Positions 58,754 to 64,000 of a stretch of 64,000 nucleotides of DNA are shown here, one piece after another (within the stretch, counting starts at the first letter, position 1; every line of letters begins with the position of its first letter). Origin of the DNA: an uncultured Phycisphaerales bacterium (GTDB lineage Bacteria; Planctomycetota; Phycisphaerae; Tepidisphaerales; Tepidisphaeraceae). The notes beneath the pieces are model-generated. The model did not search any database. It saw only the letters and a list, made by a program, of their open reading frames with translations, and was not told the DNA's origin. The stretch covers positions 2,560,001-2,624,000 of the forward strand of contig CAVWLP010000002.1 of the NCBI GenBank assembly GCA_963755915.1, in the 5' to 3' direction. The translations under genes and the position numbers were made by a program.

Positions 58754-61420
58754 GTGGCACTAAAAAGGGAGCGTGGGGCGGTTGCGATTGCTGGTGCGGC
58801 GGCGGGTTTTTTCTATCCGGGCTTGCGATCTTTTGGGCAGACCGCCGTCAACGTCAGTGTAAACGCCAATTCACCGATCACGTATGCCGACGGGGCGGCG
58901 ATCGCCACGATGCCGGCCACGGGGCTGGGGCTCTGCACGTCGGTTTATGCCAACATGTGGGGCGATCCGAATTTGCCTGGCGACATTGCCGCATCGGGTA
59001 TACAGATGTCGCGCTATCCTGGCGGAAGTTATGCGGACATCTACAATTGGTCATTAAACACGGCCAATGAGGGCGGGTACGTGGGGCCGGATGCGAACAT
59101 CGGCAATTTCTTCAACGTCATCAATGCCGCCGGGACGCAGGCGATGATTACCGTAAATTATGGCTCCAATACAACCGACACGATGGGTGCGCAGCCGCAG
59201 GAGGCGGCGGCGGAAGTTGCCTATGCGGATGCGCAGCCCGGAATTTACGGAACCAATTCGGACGTAAATCTGGGGAACGATGCGGCGGGGGTGGATTGGT
59301 ACACGGCGGGATATTGGGCACGATTGCGCGCTTCCACGCCGGCCGAGTACGAGCAGTGGGCGACCGCCGCCGGCGATTACAATCCGGCTTATTCCTTTCT
59401 GGCGATCGATCATCCGCAGCCGGAAAACATCCAGTACTGGGAAATCGGCAACGAGATCGGCGGCAACGGCTACTATGGGGATCAGTGGGAATACGATCTT
59501 CACGCACCCTATTACGAAGGCAACACGAACAGCAACGTCGGACGCTACATGAATCCGGCGCTTTCGCCGACGGCTTACGCGCAGAATCTCGTTCAGTTCG
59601 CAACGCTGATGAAGCAGGTCGATCCCAACATCAAAATCGGCGCCGGCTTTGATGCGGAGGCGAACAGCACCAACGATGCAGCCATCCTTCAAACTGCCGG
59701 GAACTACATCGACTTCGGTATCATTCACTGGTATCCGACGGGCTCGCTTCCGAGCATGATCACCAGCACGCTGCCGCAGGAGATCGCCAATCTGCGCACG
59801 AGCGTCGCCAACAATACGGACAAGGGTTACAACGGGATTGAGATCGACGTCACCGAATTCGGCGACGGAAATTCCTCTCCTCCGACGATCGAAAACGCGC
59901 TCTTCGCTGCCGACGCGTATGCGACCGGCTTCGAAAACGGGCTGCAAAACATGAATTTTCAGGAGATGAGCAGTTCGCATTATCTGAACGGGAACGGCAC
60001 CGCCGGGAATCCGGGCGAGGTTTATTACGCCATTCAGATGGTGAGCAAATTCGCGAGCACCGGCGATACGTTTGTCTCGACAACGTCGAGCAATTCGTCG
60101 CTGCGCATTCATGCGGTGACAAATCCGGATGGAACGGTGTCCCTGCTGCTGATCAACGACGGCACTACGTCGGCGGACAACGTCACCGTGAGCCTGAACG
60201 ATACCGTGCCGGTCGGCGGGAGCGGCACGCTTTATCTTTTCGGCAATTCGAATATCGGGACGACCGACACTCCGCCAAGCACGCAAACGCTCACGAATCT
60301 TGGGCCGTCATTTTCGCTTTCGATTCCCGCGGAAACCATCGGCACGCTGGTGATTCCCGAAGGGAATATTTACTGGGACAACGCCGGTGGCAGCGGCGAT
60401 GGAGTCACCTGGAACAGCGTGAGCCAAAACTGGCTGGAAGGTTCCGAGCCGCTGAGCTTCACGCCTGGCGTGGCAGTTGCGTTTACCGACACGAACAATG
60501 GTCACTATGGCGTGAGCCTCACCGCTACCGTCAGTCCGGCGTCGGTCCTGGTGAACAATAGCTTGGGCAACTACACGATCAGCGGCCCGGGGTTCATCGC
60601 GGGAACGGGAAGTCTTACCAAATCCGGCAGTGCGTCGCTGACGCTCAGCACGGTCAACACGTATACCGGCGGGACCGTCGTCAACGCCGGCGCCCTGATC
60701 GTCGGTGCAAACGGTGCGCTGCCCAATGCCTCGGTCACGATCAATGGGGGAACTCTCCGACTGGGAAACGGCACCGGGACTGCAAGCGTCTCGTCGCTCT
60801 CCATTTCCGGCAACGGAACCCTCGACATCACCAATAATCAATTGCTGATCGACTACGGCAACGGCCCGGACCCGATGGCGACGATCATTTCATACATTCA
60901 CAGCGGCTGGAACAGCAACTGGGGCAGTTCCGGAATCATTTTTTCTTCTCCGGAAGTCGTGAACGGCCACGAATACGGTATAGGCTGGTCGGACGGGAAA
61001 GACGGCGTGGTTTCGGGGCTTTCGTCGGGTCAGATTGAATTGAAATATACGCTGCTGGGTGATGCGAATCTGGATGGAACCGTCAATGGATCGGATTTCA
61101 GCATCCTCGCGGCGAATTTTGGGTTGGGGGTGACGAATTGGGACCAGGGGAATTTTCTGTTTTCGTCTTCGGTGAATGGGTCTGATTTTTCGGCGTTGGC
61201 GGCGAATTTCGGGCAGGGGGACAGCGGGGCGGATGTATCCATTTCGCAAGCCGATATCGCGGCGGTGGACGCGTTCGCCACAGCGAATGGATTGCCTTTG
61301 CCTACGATTGCGGCGGTGCCCGAACCTGCGTCGACCGGGGCGTTGTCGGCGATTGCCGGCGTGCTGGTCTTGCGAAGGCGGTGCGCGAATTTCCAAAACC
61401 TCATATACAATTTCTTGTAA
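58754..61420 (+). CDS. Clan GH-A glycoside hydrolase (GH51/GH44-like) with stalk, dockerin-like tail and PEP-CTERM
   Basis: RYPGGSYADIYNW, ITVNYG, YWEIGNE (acid/base), IHWY, VTEF (nucleophile); GGAGG before GTG 58754; VPEP..LRRR. Confidence 0.83.
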   Translation: MALKRERGAVAIAGAAAGFFYPGLRSFGQTAVNVSVNANSPITYADGAAIATMPATGLGLCTSVYANMWGDPNLPGDIAASGIQMSRYPGGSYADIYNWSLNTANEGGYVGPDANIGNFFNVINAAGTQAMITVNYGSNTTDTMGAQPQEAAAEVAYADAQPGIYGTNSDVNLGNDAAGVDWYTAGYWARLRASTPAEYEQWATAAGDYNPAYSFLAIDHPQPENIQYWEIGNEIGGNGYYGDQWEYDLHAPYYEGNTNSNVGRYMNPALSPTAYAQNLVQFATLMKQVDPNIKIGAGFDAEANSTNDAAILQTAGNYIDFGIIHWYPTGSLPSMITSTLPQEIANLRTSVANNTDKGYNGIEIDVTEFGDGNSSPPTIENALFAADAYATGFENGLQNMNFQEMSSSHYLNGNGTAGNPGEVYYAIQMVSKFASTGDTFVSTTSSNSSLRIHAVTNPDGTVSLLLINDGTTSADNVTVSLNDTVPVGGSGTLYLFGNSNIGTTDTPPSTQTLTNLGPSFSLSIPAETIGTLVIPEGNIYWDNAGGSGDGVTWNSVSQNWLEGSEPLSFTPGVAVAFTDTNNGHYGVSLTATVSPASVLVNNSLGNYTISGPGFIAGTGSLTKSGSASLTLSTVNTYTGGTVVNAGALIVGANGALPNASVTINGGTLRLGNGTGTASVSSLSISGNGTLDITNNQLLIDYGNGPDPMATIISYIHSGWNSNWGSSGIIFSSPEVVNGHEYGIGWSDGKDGVVSGLSSGQIELKYTLLGDANLDGTVNGSDFSILAANFGLGVTNWDQGNFLFSSSVNGSDFSALAANFGQGDSGADVSISQADIAAVDAFATANGLPLPTIAAVPEPASTGALSAIAGVLVLRRRCANFQNLIYNFL

Positions 61421-61567
61421 ATCGCCGCTGCGCCAATAGAATGAGGATCCAACGTATTTGTCCCGACGTCGGGCCGGGGCTTCAGCAGATTTTCAACTTA
61501 TTCCGAACAGGGAAGGTCGGAAAATGGATCGTTCAGGGAGGACGCACGCTTTTAACCCGCGGATCGC

Positions 61568-64000
61568 GTGCACAAAAGGGCCGGCGTCTGCGGGATTTCC
61601 AGGCGCGGCTGGAAGTTGGTTTGCGCGGCGGCGGGGCTGGCGGCGCTTCGGGCTCCTCGATTTGCAGCCGCGGGTGGGCTTTATATCTACAGCGGGACGC
61701 AAACCTTTACCACGAGCTATTCGATCAGCGGCGTTCCGGCGGGCCAGAGCGGGCTTGTGGTTGGGGACAACACGGCGCCAGCGGCGGTGTATATTGAGTC
61801 GGGCGACTTTTCGGTCGTGGACAACGGGAGCGACGATTCGAGCCTTATCAATGGGGAGGGATTTTTTGAATTGCAGGGGGGGGAGGCGCAATTTGGGGCG
61901 TTTTTCAGCGTTGCCGACTCGGCGGATGAGTCTGCCAGCGCGGTCGTGGAGGGGGGGACATTTACGGTTGCCAATACCTACTCGGGCAGCGTTCCCGACA
62001 TTTATGTGGGACGATTTGGCTCGGGCACGTTTACGCAGAGCGGCGGGTCTGTCAGCGCGGAGGAGGTGCTTTATCTCGCGTACGGAAACGGATCGAGCGG
62101 GTACTATAGCCTGAGCGGGGCGAACAGTTCGCTCAGCGCCGATGAGGAAATAATCGGCGACAGCGGAAGCGGGACGTTGGTTCAAAGCGGCGGGACGAAT
62201 TCGGCGAACAATTTGTATCTCGGGCTTTTGCAGTCATACGCCAGCGGTAGTTATACGCTCAGCGGGGCGGGCCTTTTGGAGATCAGCGTCGGGGAGAATG
62301 TTGGCAGTTACGGGGCCGGCACATTCAGTCAGATTGGGGGAGAGAATGCGACGGATTCGCTCAGCATCGGCACGCTGGGGACTTACGCGCAGAGCGGCGG
62401 AACGCTAACGACGGGCTCGATCAGCGTTTCGTCGGGCGGCGCGTTTTTGTGGACGGGGGGAACACTGAGCCTGACCAATTCGACGCTTACCATCGGGAGT
62501 GGGGGACCACTGGGGTCAAACTTTACGCTGGGAAATGGCCAGGCGCTGGAGGTGACAAATTCTTCGGGCTCGTTGCTGATTGAAAACGGGGCGATGGTGC
62601 AGAACTCGGGATCGTCGGTCTCGGTGCAGTATTACGAAGACATTGGAAACTCGGGGGTCGGAACCTATACGCAAAACGGGGGCGCTAATACGACGCCGTG
62701 GCTTTACCTTGGTTTTAACTCAAGCGCACAGGGAAGTTATGTGTTGACGGGCGGCAGCCTTTCGGTGGCCAACAGCGAATACATCGGCAGTTCGGGGAGT
62801 GCGACGTTTATTCAGCAGGGGGGCGTGAACACCTGTGGGGAAAGTCTTTCGATCGGCACGGCGGGGGCATACGCTTTATCCGGCGGGATTTTAAATGTTG
62901 CGGCGTTTTCGATCTCGGCGCCGGGCGACTTCGTCTGGACGGGCGGAGCGCTTGATCTGACTAATTCCGGGCTTACGGTCGGACCCGGTGGCGAGCTGGG
63001 GTCGGGCGTGACGGTCGGGTTCGGACAGACGCTGGAGATTTCAAGCGCGGGGCAGAGCCTTGCGGTTATGGGGACGTTGGCCATCGCTGCCGGGGGGATG
63101 GTGCAGACGCCGACGATTTCGCAATCGGGCGGAATGGTGGAGATGACGGGAGGGAGCCTTAGCGCAGACGCGGGAAATCTCGGCGGCGCGGGGACGCTTG
63201 TGCAGAGCGGCGGGGCTGCCTCGATCAGCGGGCTGACGATCGGGGGTGCGCTATATGATCTGCAGACGGGGACGCTGACGGCGAACACGATCACGATCAA
63301 CAGCGGCGGGGAATTGCGCGGGGGATATGAAAGCGGGTTTCAATTCGATCTTTTCGCGGGAACCGTAACGGTCAATTCCGGCGGCGCGCTGCACCTGGCC
63401 GACGGAGGGTTCAATGGGGGATGGAGCGACAGCATCGCGACACTTGACGTGAACGGGGGGACGGTGGCCGGCTCGATCCTTTCTGTCGGCAATTTTAATT
63501 ATGTGAGCGGAAACACTTCGGGATTGACGCTTCGGCTGACCGGATCGGGGAGCGTTTCAGATTGGAATCTGGCCGAGCTCGATTTGGACAGTGCGACTCC
63601 GCTGAACATTTCCGGGGGGGAAAGCCTTTCGGCGGGGACTGAAGCGGTGGGGGATCTTGGGTTGGGAACCGTCGATCAAAGCGGGGGGGCGAACAATGTT
63701 TCATCGCTCGAATTGGCGCTCAGTTCCGGGGCGGGCGGAACATACAGCCTCAGCGCCGGCATGCTGACGTGCGCCGGCTCGGAAAGCCTGGGGATCGGCG
63801 GAACCGGGACGTTTATTCAGAGCGGTGGTTTGAATACCATCAGTGGCGGCGCTGGGGGGCTTTATCTGGGCGCTTCGCCGTTCACGGCGGGGTATTACAC
63901 GCTGAGCGCGGGGGGCAGTTTGACCGTCAGCGGAGCGGAGGTTATTGGGGCGGGTGGGGCGGGGACGTTCACGCAAAATGGGGGGAACAATTTTGGGTCG
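61568..64000 (+). CDS. Large exported beta-solenoid repeat protein, truncated by the window end
   Basis: Not in the ORF track (no stop seen; frame spot-checked); from GTG 61568 a signal-like LVCAAAGLAAL, then repeats of E-x-I-G-x-x-G-x-G-T-F-x-Q-S-G-G-x-N / G-x-Y-x-L-S-G to the edge. Confidence 0.8.
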   Translation, partial: MHKRAGVCGISRRGWKLVCAAAGLAALRAPRFAAAGGLYIYSGTQTFTTSYSISGVPAGQSGLVVGDNTAPAAVYIESGDFSVVDNGSDDSSLINGEGFFELQGGEAQFGAFFSVADSADESASAVVEGGTFTVANTYSGSVPDIYVGRFGSGTFTQSGGSVSAEEVLYLAYGNGSSGYYSLSGANSSLSADEEIIGDSGSGTLVQSGGTNSANNLYLGLLQSYASGSYTLSGAGLLEISVGENVGSYGAGTFSQIGGENATDSLSIGTLGTYAQSGGTLTTGSISVSSGGAFLWTGGTLSLTNSTLTIGSGGPLGSNFTLGNGQALEVTNSSGSLLIENGAMVQNSGSSVSVQYYEDIGNSGVGTYTQNGGANTTPWLYLGFNSSAQGSYVLTGGSLSVANSEYIGSSGSATFIQQGGVNTCGESLSIGTAGAYALSGGILNVAAFSISAPGDFVWTGGALDLTNSGLTVGPGGELGSGVTVGFGQTLEISSAGQSLAVMGTLAIAAGGMVQTPTISQSGGMVEMTGGSLSADAGNLGGAGTLVQSGGAASISGLTIGGALYDLQTGTLTANTITINSGGELRGGYESGFQFDLFAGTVTVNSGGALHLADGGFNGGWSDSIATLDVNGGTVAGSILSVGNFNYVSGNTSGLTLRLTGSGSVSDWNLAELDLDSATPLNISGGESLSAGTEAVGDLGLGTVDQSGGANNVSSLELALSSGAGGTYSLSAGMLTCAGSESLGIGGTGTFIQSGGLNTISGGAGGLYLGASPFTAGYYTLSAGGSLTVSGAEVIGAGGAGTFTQNGGNNFGS

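Noticed and set aside
61458-62185. ORFs 61458-62114 (+) and 61493-62185 (-) as genes
   Set aside because: The real coding frame is the unterminated repeat protein from 61568; these are Arg-rich alternative frames

Overview
GC-rich bacterial chromosomal segment, most likely a planctomycete (Phycisphaerae/Tepidisphaerales-like). This is inferred from the many PEP-CTERM proteins with dockerin-like tails, a DUF1559/H-X9-DG prepilin and a membrane-anchored ECF sigma factor. Single-base frameshifts occur even in groES/groEL/cinA, so the assembly probably has uncorrected indel errors and most split ORFs are treated as intact genes. In order, the window holds: a Zn(II) uptake cluster (ABC transporter with two permeases, YcgQ/YcgR-like pair, Fur/Zur regulator, candidate operator); a two-component pair; an ECF sigma factor; a decaying accessory patch (13.2-23 kb) with a duplicated HI0933-family gene 5' end, a TetR regulon with three matching operators, a group II intron 3' remnant and gene fragments; a cobalamin-riboswitch-controlled operon of PEP-CTERM surface proteins whose second gene runs in frame into a DUF1559 prepilin; moxR-DUF58-transglutaminase-cinA; groES/groEL followed by a TIR-like/TPR protein and a RAYT-like transposase; a PilZ protein; an L-galactose/L-fucose-type catabolic trio; a copper operon headed by a CXXC/RGPP leader ORF; and an array of large PEP-CTERM exoproteins sharing one near-invariant dockerin-like tail, with a vapBC module between two tail copies. 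The best candidates for novel biology are the riboswitch-controlled PEP-CTERM::prepilin locus (possible BtuB-independent B12 capture) and the modular shared-tail exoprotein family. No rRNA, tRNA or CRISPR array was seen. All family assignments are from motif recognition by eye, not database searches.
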